A DNA stretch of 62,533 bases, filler included, from Basidioascus undulatus (Eukaryota): assembly GCA_000826855.1 (NCBI GenBank). It is 10 parts of 10 records of this genome, joined end to end, with 100 filler letters (N's around TTAATTAATTAA, not from the genome) between each part and the next. Parts side by side here need not be neighbours in the genome. Positions count along the whole stretch, not along the records: positions 43,913 to 50,057 come from JTLS01001799.1; positions 50,158 to 56,297 come from JTLS01001800.1; positions 56,398 to 62,533 come from JTLS01001801.1; 7 more parts are not named here. One strand, written 5' to 3'. The position numbers and the translations under genes were made by a program. Positions 49,150 to 61,776 of the stretch are shown here, piece after piece. A model generated the notes under the pieces. The model did no database searches. It was not told where the DNA came from and saw only the letters and a list, made by a program, of their open reading frames with translations. Numbering within the stretch: the first letter of the stretch is position 1; every line of letters starts with the position of its first letter.

Positions 49150-49919
49150 TCATCGTCCACCCACAACCCCCACCGGCAGGAGCCCGAACCTCGCACCCGT
49201 CCTAGCGAGCGCAAGCATGGGCTGCTGCTGTGCCTGCGCGTCGGGTGGCGCGCCGAGAGGGAGAAGCGCTGAGAACTTGGCCGAACCGGACGAGGGTTGT
49301 GAGGGAGGGGGGAAGAGCGGGGCGAGAAGGAGCTGAGTACGCTGGAGCGCGGGGGAGAGGGTCGCGGAAAGTTGGGTGGGGAGGTCTGCCGTCGACGGCG
49401 GGGACAACTGGCGAGCGGCCTTCTCCAGCTTCTGCACCAGCGCGGCCCACTCCTCTGCCTCGGCTTCGCCCGCCAGGCCCCGCTGCACCACCTCACCGAG
49501 GAAAGCAGCATCCCACCAGTCCCGTACTGCGTCTCGTGTCCCCTCCTCCCCAGGACCGTCTAGTGCGTCCTTCGCCCCGCGCACGAACGCGCTCATAACC
49601 CCGCGCGCAGAGCCCCCGCTCGCCGTGGCGGCCTCAGCGAGCGCGTGTAGCGCGTGGAGGAGCGCGCGGGAGGGCGCGGAGGGGAGGGGCGGGTCGGCGG
49701 CTGGGTCGAGTTCGAGGCGTGAGCGGGGAATGAACAGGGGAGCAGGGAAGAGGGACGGGGGGAGAATGGACGCACCGGCCCAGAGCTCGTGCTCCGCCGC
49801 GGTGTCCTCGGGTGTTCGGGACCTGAGGAACGCCAGTGCGCGCTCGACCGCCTGCGTGTGCGCCGTGCGCAGCGAGGCGGTGTGGATGTCTTGCAGGCCT
49901 GCAGCGAGGTCCGCGAGGT
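49150..49919 (-). CDS. Last exon of a probable conserved oligomeric Golgi complex subunit 1 (COG1-like)
   Basis: Long GC3-rich exon: PSAPSRALLHALHALAEA...WWDAAFL...LQRTQLLLAPL...LLPLGAP...LALARTGARFGLLPVG. It resembles basidiomycete COG1 C-termini as recalled; the coding status is surer than the name. Confidence 0.6.
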
Positions 49920-50057
49920 CTGCACCACCGCAGACCAGTCAGAATCAGAGGAAAGGTAAAAGACACAGAGAGAGAAAGGCGACGAACCGTCCACCTCCAC
50001 GCCCAGATCCCTCCACAGCGCCTCGCTCCCCACAAGCGCTCTCGCGACTCTCCCTAC

Positions 50058-50157
50058 NNNNNNNNNNNNNNNNNNNNNNNNNNNNNNNNNNNNNNNNNNN
50101 NTTAATTAATTAANNNNNNNNNNNNNNNNNNNNNNNNNNNNNNNNNNNNNNNNNNNN
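50058..50157. other. Artificial contig linker
   Basis: N-run/TTAATTAATTAA/N-run. Confidence 0.99.
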
Positions 50158-51027
50158 CCCAACCGCCAGACGACGCTCTCCCCTCCCCGCCTCCGACCCC
50201 CCCGCCCAAGCCGAAGCGCCGCGCGCCGATGCCGACGATGCTCTTCCCTCAGGAGGTTCGCGAGCAGCTCAAGCGCGACCGTGAGTGGGCGCGGCTCGTC
50301 GCGGAGGATGCGTTCGGGGGGTCCGCGTGGGACTGAGGCCCCCAACCCCATCCTCCCTCACTTCGCTTCATCACATCGGTCACTCCCCTTTCACCTTCGC
50401 CTTCACACTCAGTGCAGGTCCACTTTCCATCATCGAGCCCTCATCCGACCCCCGCGACGCTCTCGGAACATTCTTTGATACTTACAATCCACACGCTCGC
50501 TCATTTCGTTTTTCCCATCCATCCATACCAGACCCTGCCTTGCGCAGTTGCTCGCTTGCCCTTCGCATTTTATATGTTGTATCAATTCGATTCCTAACCT
50601 ACTCGCACTCGCATGCATCCCGCATTCGCATCATCGCAAGTCCGCTTTCGGCGCGTGGGAACGCAGGGGCTGCGCTGGCTGCCTTTTCCCATCACTCGCT
50701 CGCGCTGATACTCACATTTTATTGATACGCAGTCCACTAACCAGTTCGCATTCGACAGAACGCTGTGCTTTTTGGGACTTAACTCGGACTACACTTTCAT
50801 GCGGCGTTCTAAAGGTCGGATTCGAAGCCGGACTCCGCGTGTCTCGCTTGTCCTCGTCCGTTCCTGCGACATGTCGAACTGTGCTCATCCGAGCCGCTAC
50901 GGGGATGGGTTCCACCCGATGGTCAGACCGCCCGGGAAGCGACTGGAGGTGCTTGAGGGTTGAGCTGCGGCCGCGAGTCTCGCGCGGGAAGGCCCCCTGC
51001 CCTCCCATCGCTCAAGGGCAGCGGACG

Positions 51028-52814
51028 ATGCCCACGCCCACGCCCACGCCCCCTCCCTCTCGGCCACCTTCAATCTCCTCGGCCTTCTCGATCGCGTCAG
51101 CATCCTCATACTCTATACTCACTTCCTCTTGCTCGAGATCGAGATCGTCCTCCATCTCAACCTTCACCGCCACGTCGACGTTCACGCCCGTCAGGCTATA
51201 CCCGCCCGAGCCCGCGCTCGAACCTTCCAAGCCGCAGAGACCGCGACGGAGAGCGGTCGAGCTCGTTTTCGACATGTAAGTCTTTGGAAATGGGAGGGAG
51301 ACAGTGGGAAATGGGGGAGGGGAGAATCCTCGGGCTGTCGCTGACGAGTTGCGATGGTTCGACAGGCCGCCGCCGAACTCGGTCGGTACCCGGGATGCCA
51401 TGACGCAGGTTAAGCCGGGCGCGGTATCGAGCATCCTCAGTGAGTTCTGTTAAACTTACAGCGGTCTTGCAATTCAGATAGCAACTGACTGGCGATTGAG
51501 TCCACTCGCCAGATCGGTTTGAACAGCGAGCTGGTCCACCGCTCGCAGGCAACGACCGTCCGCCGAAGCGCAAGCCGAACCCTCCTCCAACCGAGCCAAC
51601 ACCGCCCGAGACAGCTGTCGAGATCTCTCCTCCGCCTCCTCCCATCTCAACCCCCATGCCGAATTCCCCAGCCCCCGCACCCGCATCCGCTTCCGCACTC
51701 TCTGCGCGAAGGCGGCCCTACAAGCATGCCGAGCCTCCTCCTCCTCAACGCGCTGAGCTCCTCGCGCCCGAACCCGCCCAGCCTCCCGCGCCATCTCAGG
51801 CGCCACCTCCCAAAAACGCCTCGCTGCGCAAAGTCCGGGCGCCTGCGCCAGTCCCGCAGGCTACAGAACCGCCTACGCCAAGCTCGCAGCCGTTCGCCGC
51901 TTCCCGCCGCGCGCTGAGGCGCATCGAGCCCCCGTCGTCGACAGCCGCTCGGGCCGCGCGTAAAGCACCAGAGGCGTCTCCGCAGGTGGAGCAGGTGCCT
52001 GCGCCTCCGGCGGCAAAGGCCCAGCCGTCCTGGAAAGTGCCGCCGTCACGCGCGCCGCTGAACAGCGCTGCGTCGGGGGCGAGCGCGGAGAAGCAAGCGC
52101 CGCCGCAGCCGCCGAACGCCGCTACTGCGCGAGCGGCGGCGGAGGCCCAGGCCCAGCCGCACCTGCCTAAGGACGCTATTCCGCGACCGAGTGTGGTGAA
52201 GCAGCCGCAGCAGCTGCAGCAGCAGGAGCAGCAGGAGCGACCCCAGCCTTCTCGAACGAACGTCACGCGTGTGCTTCGCGTCTATCGCGAACCCGAGCCC
52301 GAGCCGCAGCCGTTCGAGATGGACGAGGGCCCACCCCCGCCGCCCGTGCCGACTGCAAGTCGACCAGCAGCCGCTCGTTGTGCGTACCTGCCCTCTCCTA
52401 TATTAGCCCCGAGACCCGAGCGCTCACTCAAACAATTCCCTACCAACAGCGCCAACACGGCCGGCAGGCATATCCTCTTCCTACGCCCCGTCCCCCGCCC
52501 CATCCTTTACCCTGCACCACCCCTCGCTCGACCGGCCCGCACCGCAGCGCGCACAGCCACAGCAGTCGGGCTTCGCTTCTGCGCGCGAGATGTGGGCTCA
52601 GCGAGACGCAGGCGGAGGCTTCGCCACCGGCGTGCAGCAGCCGCAGCCGCAGCCGCGGCTGATCGATATCTCTCCTGCCCCCTCTCCCTCCCCCGCGAGC
52701 GCCTCCCCAAGCGCCTCCTCATCCTCCTCCGTCAGCGTGCCCTGCACTATGCGGACCGGCACGCCCTCGTGCGCCCGGACATCGGCGGGAAGTTTGTCCG
52801 GTGAGCGAACGTAG
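51028..52814 (+). CDS. Pro/Ala/Ser-rich low-complexity hypothetical protein, 4 exons
   Basis: MPTPTPTPPPSRPPSISS...VELVFDM|PPPNSVGTRDAMTQ|RAGPPLAG...(frame of ORF 51656..)...AARC|ISSSYAPSP...GFASAREMWAQRD...SGERT*. Confidence 0.6.
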
Positions 52815-52982
52815 AGCGTGAGGTTGTACGGCGTTGAGGATGAGAGGGCAAAGCGCGTTAAGGCGAGGCCGGCGGCGCCTGCGTGGGGAGGAGCTGAGTA
52901 CAGTAGCTCTGGGAGGAGGGGCACCAAGAGGCTGACCTGTGGCGCCTATTACAAGAAGGTGCTTTGGACGGGCGGTAGGCAT
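52598..52982 (-). pseudogene. Truncated NAD(P)-binding Rossmann-fold protein (atypical SDR / BLVRB-like N-terminus)
   Basis: MPTARPKHLLVIGATG|AAGLALTRFALSSSTPYNLTLYVRSPDKLPA...VRIVQGTLTEEDEEALGEALAG. Similarity stops at ~52670 and the frame ends at 52598. Confidence 0.75.
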
Positions 52983-53299
52983 GGCGTTGAGATGAAGGAC
53001 AAAGGTGGATAAGGACAAAGGGGACGGGCTGCTGCATTTCTGGGGAGGCGGGCAAGCGACAGCGAACTGAAATGTCGTCATTGTGGGTCTGTTCGAATCA
53101 GCAGGCCGATCCATCTGCACTATTTTCTGTGGATCGGCAGTTGTGAGGAGTACGAAACGGCTTGAAAAAAAGCAGTCGCGATCTTCTTTGTTTTTACCTG
53201 TTGGCCGGCGGTAGTACAGGTAACGCTCACACTCGTGCAACTCGCGAAAATCGATGCTCGTTATGCTTTCCACTTGCCACCAACCTCCTACGCCCAAGA

Positions 53300-54110
53300 A
53301 CAAAGAGAAAAAAAGATGCCACATGTGTTCACCAAACGACGCCCAACTCACTCCCACAGCGTTCCGTCCACTCCAATAAAGGAGTTGCGCCACTGGACGT
53401 ATGCCATGTTCATTACCTTGGTCGGGGACGGCTTGGGGACGACCTTCCACAGTATCCAGGGGCGTCACCTCGGTGTGCCCACCGGAAAGTCGTGCCGAGA
53501 ATGAGCTTGCGCAGCGCAGGCGCGCTGGTCACGAAGCGCAAGACGCCGTCTAGGTATCTCACTGTATCGGGGGTCGGTGTTGTAGACAGCAACATGAGTA
53601 ACGCAAGGCATTTCAAGCAATGCTTCCACTACCTCTGGAATGTAGAAGGAGATAGTCCACAGGGCTAGGCGCTTGACCGTCTCCTTCGAATGTTTCGATA
53701 CATCGCCAAGAGTCTGCTACGAAAAAGAGCACTCTTCGAGAGCAAGCGAAAGAAGAGGGTTGCCTGGAGACTTGGAGTTCATGTACAGCCTACGCAGGTT
53801 AACCATACCCACGAAAATAACCTCGCTCTGTTGAGGCGATGGATCGTACTCGGTGCGGAATGAGTGGGTGAGAGCGAGTAGCTGCTGGTTGCTTTGAGCG
53901 GTGGTTGCAAGCTTTGACGTCTGAGCCTCGGTCAAAGTGCTGATCGATTTGTAGAGCAAGCGGGTCGCCACCGAGTTGAACGAGCACGACACGAGGCAGA
54001 GCGAAGCCAGGGTGGCGGCATCCCTGGTGTAGGCGAGCGAGTGCGAGAGCGCGCCAGCCTCGGCGATGATCAGCGCGTGGATTCCAGGGAACAGCTGGGG
54101 GAGGACCGTC
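53300..54110 (-). pseudogene. F-box-like protein remnant
   Basis: LPQLFPGIHALII...DAATLASLCLVSCSFNSVATRLLYKSI..., MVNLRRLYM and APALRKLIL. No clear ATG (ACG at the expected start), with stops and shifts downstream. Confidence 0.6.
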
Positions 54111-55449
54111 TCGAAGGGATTCCGTGAAGTTTCGAAGGTAAGGGGAGATTGTGCAGGTTTTGGTGGCGAGCGGACGCGCAAGGAGGTGGAGAGGGTGGCG
54201 TTCGGGAGACAAGAGACGACGCGTGCATCGCTGATGTCCCTGGCGGACTCTTTTAGATAAGTCCGGTATTTCTTTCACAAAGCATGAACCCCCAGAAGGC
54301 TCTCAACCAGTATCGTTTGATCTCACCAACAAGCGAGTGACTGCATTCAACAGTGCACGCCTGACTTCCTGGCTGACCAGTAGAAGAGGTATGAGAGTGG
54401 ACGGGAAACCTATTGTTCTCGTTAAATGAACTCCTGAAGCAGATCAGCGCAGGCCTTTGGCCCTGCAGAGCTTGAGTGGTTCAATGGGCCAAGATGGGCC
54501 TGCAACTAGCGGATTGCAGCGACTGATGCCTCTATGGACCTTCAAGTCACTCCAAAAAATAGCCTACAATACAGCTGTGAGAATCTCTTCGCCTCCCCCA
54601 GCAAATGCTTCTGAGCAGGCGAGCCTGCCGTGTCATCCAACAGGGCTGCATGAGGCTCTCGTTTGGTTCCCAGATACAATGCAGCTAGAGGTAAGAACTA
54701 TGATCCACATTTTCCTGGTCAACTAAAGGGTTTGTGGGAATTCGCCGCACAAAACGGCTGAGGGCACGTGGAACATATCTTCCTGCAGGGCGAGCCGGTG
54801 TCGTGTGAAGGAATCGGTAGTCTGAACCTCAATCACCATGGTAATTCGCCATAGAAAAAGAGAAAGTTCTTGCTCGACTGTCCACAGTTTCAAACGTACC
54901 TCCGCGCGTTGAATTGAAGCTCGCCCGTCGTCTTGCACTTCACCGAGAGTGCATGGATGAGAGTGCATGGATCAAGCTATTAAATACTGTACCTCGCCTG
55001 CCATGTTCATCCGCATACGCTCCCAGTCCCCAACCAAAGTTTGCTCGCGTAGGAAATGCTCTGCGTTGCTTTGACGCCCCTCGATCAAGCGTCGCGGAGT
55101 GGACCAGCCGCCTCCTCTTCCCCGCTCACCGCAGCCGTGTAGCCAACCAGGCCCTTACTTGGGCAAATACACAAGCCAGCCCCGAAGGGGACTTGACCAA
55201 TGCTGAGCGAGCGAGCGCTGATTCGGAAAAATCAGTCTTCTTCCGACGGCACGGCCTGGCTGCAACGCTCAACGGGCGCAGCACAAAGCATCTTGCCTTC
55301 GAGGTACAGTAGCCCTACAGCGTTTCATCTTTCTAAGGGATTTGGAGTAGAGCGAGGAGGGGTGAGAAGGGCGGGCAGGCAGCACGGGGACGATACTGTA
55401 ATGCTATCGTCGCACCGAGGATAGCTCAAGACGCGTCGCACTCCAACGG

Positions 55450-56297
55450 ATGCCACACCACAGGCGCGGACAGCTATGTAATACATGCGACATGGTCATG
55501 AAGAATGCGAAGCTCGCTGCGACCCCCCTCCAAAAAAAAAGCCGATGCTACGACCCCGACGCGGGCGCCTGCGTCCCCTTCCCCTTCCCCTTTCCATCCC
55601 CATTAGCCCCATTAACCACCGCCTTCTCCCCCATCTTCCCCCATCCCCCCAGCCCGTGCCCAACTCGCCCCTCAAACTTCCCCGCTGGACGCGTCTTCCC
55701 GACTCTGCCACTCTGGACCTTTCCGACGACGAAGGCGGCGTCGACGCCGAAAACATAATGGAGGGCCTTGGGGATCCCACGACGGACAACACCGCCAGCG
55801 CCACTCCCGTCGCAAGCGGGCTCGTCACCCCGCGGGTGCCGCCGAGCAGGGAGGACTCGACCGCCGCTGCGGTGAACACGAATGCGGTCCCTGCTCAGCC
55901 CGCGCAGGACCCCGCGCAGCAGGCGAGGGACGTGATACATCCCCCACCGGAGGCGCAGAGGCTTAGTCCGGGGGTGGTGGCGGAGGAGCAGGGGCATGTC
56001 GCGGTTAGTGCTCAGGAGGGGGGCGGGCCCGCGCCGCATGGACGTACGTCTCTCTTTCTCCTTCTGTTCCTTTCCCTTCCCCCTTGCCGGTTTCCTTCTT
56101 CCATTTCTCCGCTTTCCCCTCTAAGCTCCCAAGTGCTGAACGTCGCACGGTGGGGGAACAGGCGAGGAAAGCGCCCCGCCCGTCAGCCCCGGCCGCGCAG
56201 CAGCCGCGCACGCCGAGCCGACTCCTCCTTCCGGCTCTGGATCTGCACCGGCTCATGAACCTACACCTGCGCCAGAGGGGGAGACGGAGGTGACGGA
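55450..56297 (+). CDS. Low-complexity Pro-rich hypothetical protein (partial, uncertain start)
   Basis: ORF 55485..56258 with a GTACGT donor at ~56044 and a pyrimidine-rich intron. Confidence 0.35.
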
Positions 56298-56397
56298 NNN
56301 NNNNNNNNNNNNNNNNNNNNNNNNNNNNNNNNNNNNNNNNNTTAATTAATTAANNNNNNNNNNNNNNNNNNNNNNNNNNNNNNNNNNNNNNNNNNNN
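56298..56397. other. Artificial contig linker
   Basis: N-run/TTAATTAATTAA/N-run. Confidence 0.99.
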
Positions 56398-56999
56398 GGC
56401 GGCGTCGGGCTCGGATATGTCGATACAGGCGTCGTACGAGTAAAATGCGAGGTGTGGATGTGGGTCGATGGGAGGGCTGTAACGAGCGTTGGTTTGGAAT
56501 GCGAACGGGTATAAGTGGATGCAGGTGGATATGGCGCAAGTTGAAAGAGGGGCTCAGGAGAGGCAAGACGCGAGCGCTTGCGAGCCGCTTGCAAGCGCGT
56601 GGGGAAATCTTGCTCGGAATAACTCGGCTCCGATCCCTCGCGCCTTCTCTTTGGCGATCGACCCACGTTACAGCCGGCCCTGAGTCTCCGCCCAGCTCAG
56701 CTCTTCGCGCTTGCCTCTCCCTCTACTTCTCCTCAACCACTTTATTGTATCGTGAGTAGAGTTTCTTTTGCATAGGGAGAAAGAAGGGGTGGCCGCTCGA
56801 AGAGGACAATCAGCACTGGGCACTGAGCTACGCTCTGATGCACACGCTTTATGAGGCCTAGAAAACCTCGCGACTGAGAGCACACACGCCCTCCGACCGT
56901 GTTCCTTTTCTGTTGTAGCAGCTTGCTGATAGCGGTGCGCTGGGATTGTAGGACTCTTTCCATGCGGCACGGCAGGAGTTTAACACATGCACACAATCC

Positions 57000-58620
57000 A
57001 TTTGCATCACTTAGATTCGGGCGCCATTTGTGTGCGTGGTGTTGTAGCACAGCAGTCGGAGCCCGTTCAGCAATCGACAGCAGCAGAACCCCAACAGGAA
57101 GACATGGCAGGTCCTGCACCGCATGAGAATGGGGATCAGCACTGGGGTCGGGAGGCACCGGAGGAAGGATGGAATGGCGCTCACATTCGCCTCATGATCT
57201 CCTTCCGCATCTCAGCGCATCCGTCGATATCGATCGCTCCTTCACTCGTCCGTGTCGTCGTCACCACGCCCGGGCTCGACTGTTCACGCACGCCTTCGGT
57301 GTTTAACTATTACTGTCCGAAATCGATCATGCATGGAAAACTCACCTTCCGATGCGACGAGACCGAGCGTCTTGAGCGCGTCGCCCACCGCCTCGATCTT
57401 GTCCGCGATTTTGTCGAGCTCCGCCTTGGCCCGCGACCCTTCCGAACGTCTTCATCAGCTCCGGTTCAGTAGAGCCTTGGTAACTTGAAGACGCCACTCG
57501 CAGTACGGTAGCTCAGAGCTGGTTCTGCGCCGCCCGTCGCCCGCACCGTCGCTGTCGCACTCGGAATTGCGGTGCTGCAGAAGATCGGGCGCGACTACGT
57601 GGTTGAGGGCGCACGGTATCAGTGCGTTTATTTCACTGACAGTCGCGGAATGCCTCACCTTGGGTCGGGTCGACCTTGAAGAGCGCGAGCGTCTCCTCGA
57701 CCGCCGCAATCTTGTCGACAATCCTGCCAGAGAAAGCCTTGGTCGTCCATGCTGCAATGAAAATATTTCAAGGGCCGGTAAGGATCAGTGGAAAGTCTCA
57801 GGGTGAACACAGTCCCGAACACCGTTACGCACAGTCCGACAGAGCCGCATGGCTTTTCGCCACGAGGACCTCGGCCAGGCGCTCGACCTTGAAGACGTAG
57901 CGCAGCTTCTGAAATTGATTCTTGCCTGTCTGTTTCCGTCGCAAGTGGTCAAGAGTGGCCCTAAGAAAGTGAAGGAGAAAAGAAAGCACACACCGACTGC
58001 CGCTGAATCTCCTTTTTCTTCTCCCGCTTCCCCGCCGTAAACCTAGCAGCCAGGCGATGCTTCGGCTCAGCGCTCGCCGCCCGGCTGCGCCTGCACCGAC
58101 GTCGGAGCCTCGCGCTTCTTCGGCTCCGCCGAGAAGACATCGCTGTCCGTGCCACTCGTCCATCCGCGGAGGAGTGCAGGCTTCCAGCCGGACCGCAGGA
58201 GGCGGCCCACTGGCAAGCGAGCTCATGCTCCTCCAGGTACCGGGCGGGCATTTCGGGGTGTGGTATGGCGATAGGTCTGCGAGATCCAGCTGCGGCTTCT
58301 CGGCGTCGTTGATCGCTGCATCGGGCGCAGTTGCCTTGAACGGCGGCTCATTGGTGACTAGGCGCGTAGAACGCCAGGAGGCAGAGCTGGTTGACAGGCT
58401 CAGCTCGTCCCGCGGCACGCAGCCGCTGAGTGCGGATTCGAAAGGGTTGAAGTAATCGAGTTCCAAGGGAATTGTATACGGATAGGGAGAGTAGAGCGGG
58501 TCATACTGTTCAGAGCTGGCGGTCCGAAACGGTGGAGAGGATGGGCGGGCGAAGGGGGCAGACTCTGGGGCGGAGGGGAAAAATAGTAGGGCTCGTTGAG
58601 GCTCTCGTGGTTCATGGCAG
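57000..58620 (-). pseudogene. Hypothetical multi-exon gene, probably degenerate
   Basis: Long frame 57825..59111 plus helical exon-like pieces (IVDKIAAVEETLALFKVD; ELDKIADKIEAVGDALKTLG) with GTGAG donors but inconsistent frames. Confidence 0.3.
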
Positions 58621-60641
58621 TCACGATGCCACTGCTTTATCCTCAGCAACCATTTGTAGTACAAATTTAATAACATTAGTTGGACACACAAGCATAACTG
58701 AGTTTGCGGACAGACCGGTGATCTTAAGATTTGCTGCAGCGTACATGCCAACGGCAGACGTATCCTGTTCTTCGTGATGCTGATATATAGTGAACCATCT
58801 GCTCCCCGTTGAATAATGGCAGGACCTTGACGCAGATCGCTTGCCATGCATCGCCCCCACCAAGATCGCCCGGCCCGCTGAGCTCGCGCCCGACGAGCTT
58901 CGGGTCGAACTGCAGGTTCGTCCCACCAGACCTGCGCAGTGTCGCTCCAGCTCGCGCGAAGAGTCACTGCATCCCGCTTAAACGAGGTCGATATCAGCGG
59001 GCACCATGCCAATTCAGGTGGTGTCAGCTCTTTCCGTTCCAGGAGGCGAAGGCGAGGCTTTGCAGTTTGGTGTAACCAGCGTGGTTGGCGCTGGCAGTGC
59101 GCCGTTTGCACGCTGTCGGAGATTGGCGGACCCGCTCGGCCGCTCCTGAGCAGCTTGATAAGTGTCGGGACGTCTTGGAAGCCATCTTGATTATTTCTAC
59201 ATTACATCCCAAAAGCTTTTCCTGAAGCGTGAACGCTTGCAGGCTTTCAAAGTGTGAAGCAAGGCAAAGGCGAAGGCACGGTGATAGGGCGCAAAGCGGT
59301 GCTTCATCATGGACACACACCCCGCTCCACATGGAAGCCACATGGCGTAGCTGTCGCCCTGATGAGCTTAACTTATGATATTCCAGACGTTCAAGAACGT
59401 TCCAATCCGAGGGTCCGGTTCTGGGGAGATGGAGGAAACTTGTACCCTCAACTGGTCGGATGCAGATCAATGCAGTGTACTTGGCCCGAAAATGTATGTC
59501 AAATGTGATCTATGTCAGATATTTACTTCAATGTTTCTAGTGGAGGAAGGGGAAACATGCAAGAGTAGATGATGAGCTTCGGGATGGACAGCTACCGAGC
59601 TGTGCACGAAAGGATGAAGGCCGCAGAAGTGAAGCGGTCCGCCTCCAAACTGCATCTTTCGGAATGTATAAATGCCATACAAGCTGTTATGTCGGGGGCC
59701 CACCGGTACGCTTTCAGTGAACTCAGTCATGCACGCAGTATTGTATGAACAAAGTGCAGTAGCGTACCGCCGTGATGGCACAAAATCTCGTTCAAGCGTC
59801 TATAGTGTTCGAAGTTCATCTTGAACTAATAAAACCTATCCAACCAAGAAAAAACCCCTTCCGAAGCCTGACTGACCTCGTCCACAATGTCCAAACAGCC
59901 GGCGCCGGACAAGGTCATTCGCCGCCACTGGAACACAAGCCTCGTCAGGACCTTGCCCTTTTGATCACTACCTCTTGGGAGAGGTCGGGTCGTTGAAGTT
60001 TTGAAATTCCCTTAAGAATGTACAGTTTGCCCTGATGTCCTGGAGAAATATAGCAGGTTGCGGTATCCCTGCAGAACCTTCGTCATTGCTGACTCTTCTT
60101 GAGTAACCCACGGTTCCAAATGTCCAAGCTGTGAGTGAAATGCATTCTTATAATCCCAAACTCCTTTTCCAATGTCCGTAATGGGCCTCTCATTGAAGAA
60201 AGGTGCGGGGAAGGGTGATGCTGCCAGTGAGCGTGACGACCGAGAGCTCTTCAGGTCGCGACCGTCCCACCAGAAAAGAGATGGAACGAACGAGCAGTAT
60301 GGCACTTTGAACAAGACTACAGTTAAAAATATACAGTCATGGGAAGATGAACCCTTGAGCCATTCCAGCTCTCTCGTTGACTACTGTACGGGAGCGCCGA
60401 CCCCCACGACTTGCCAGATAACTTTGCAAGGGTACGAACCAATCGACGAGAGTCATCACGATGGTAATAAAGCCTCATGGAGTCTGAAAGACTACTCTGA
60501 TCAAGCTCGCCTCCAACACGAAGAGCAAATGCCATCAAGAAATCGTATGCAGTGGGGTGTCCGACCCTCACCCCCCGTTCACTCCTGATTCAAGTCCCGA
60601 TCCCCGCCCATCCTCCTCCGAGTCTTCCGCCGTCGAATCCA

Positions 60642-61076
60642 TCAAGCGTCCCCCCAAGGCCCCCTCCCCTTCCGCGGCACCTCGTCCAACCCCGGCGTAA
60701 GCCCCGGGCTCGTGTTCCCCTTCCTCGACAGCCAGAAAGCCTGCCTCAGCCCTACCGGCCGCTCGGTCTTATCCGTGCGCGGTGGGGGGAGCATCGAGAG
60801 GGAGATGTTGGGTTTGCGGATTCCCTCACCTCCCGACGGGGAGGAGCCCGTAACCCCGCGGTCGGTGGGCGGGGAGGTGGTGTGTGGGTGTGGGTTGGCC
60901 GGTGTGGGCGCGGCGGAGGAGGAGGGCGTGGGGATGGGGCTGGGGTTCGGGCTCGTGTTGGGGAGGATACTGGACGAGAAGGTGGGGGATGCGCGCCGGG
61001 CGGAGGAGGTTGCGGAGGTGAAGGGGTGCTCGGAGAGCGGGTCGAAGCGCTGCTGGGTGGTGGGGAGGTCGACCAT
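60642..61076 (-). CDS. Small Ser/Pro/Thr-rich hypothetical protein (144 aa)
   Basis: ACG-ATG-G start, MVDLPTTQQRFDPLSEHPF...LRQAFWLSRKGNTSPGLTPGLDEVP, with a C/A-rich leader. Confidence 0.5.
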   Translation of the reverse strand: MVDLPTTQQRFDPLSEHPFTSATSSARRASPTFSSSILPNTSPNPSPIPTPSSSAAPTPANPHPHTTSPPTDRGVTGSSPSGGEGIRKPNISLSMLPPPRTDKTERPVGLRQAFWLSRKGNTSPGLTPGLDEVPRKGRGPWGDA

Positions 61077-61776
61077 CGTTGCAGGGGGGGGTGTACGCTG
61101 TGTGCTTAGTCGGGAGTGTTTGCGATGCACTCTGCGAGTTTGCGAGTGTATATATCTGTCGGTGTATGCGTGTATGGCAACGCAGGCTGTTATACACGGT
61201 GGTCACCGAAACAAGCAAACAGGCGAAGTCCCGGAGAAAACCAGCGCCACCGCGCGGCTGTCCCTCTTTATGAACACCCTCTCACCTGAAAACACGTTCC
61301 GGCCACGGCCATGCAAGTGCGCCAGAGCGCATCATCTTTCGCCGGCCATCCCCTTCGAGGAAAGAAGCGGCGGGTTCCGCAGGTCAGCTGAGCGGCGTAT
61401 GATGAGGAGGCGAAATGTCGTGAAACGGCGCTGCGAGCTCGAGCCGGGCTGTGCCTGCGAGCGGGCAAGATTGTGCTTCCTGAAATGACGTCAGCGAGAG
61501 GGTGCGATAGTAGCGTTTGCTTTTCTTCTCTTCAGACTTTCGGCGGAACAGGCGTTGAAAAGGTCAAGGACTGCCAGATGTGGGATGGGACGGCGGGAGA
61601 GACAAGGATGCTGAGGGGGAAGGCGGAGGCGGGAGCCGCGGATGGCTGCGCTAAGGAGAAGTGAAACCCCCCAGCCGGCGCAGCGAGTGACGACCAGGCA
61701 CCCACGCGATGCTCCAACAAAATTAAATACAATCCCATCCAAGTCTAGTACGCGTCCTCCGAACAATGGGGGCCGG

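Noticed and set aside
55395..55490. LCNTC as a GATA zinc finger
   Set aside because: The first CxxC needs a frameshift and the spacing does not fit GATA.
6188..56397. Regularly spaced TTAATTAATTAA motif every ~6.27 kb, and any gene cluster spanning it
   Set aside because: Artificial six-frame-stop linkers between length-sorted contigs. Adjacency across them carries no biological meaning.
60552..61488. Plus-strand Gly/Val-rich ORFs (60552..61109, 60712..61488)
   Set aside because: Non-ATG starts; probably antisense shadows of the minus-strand S/P-rich ORF.
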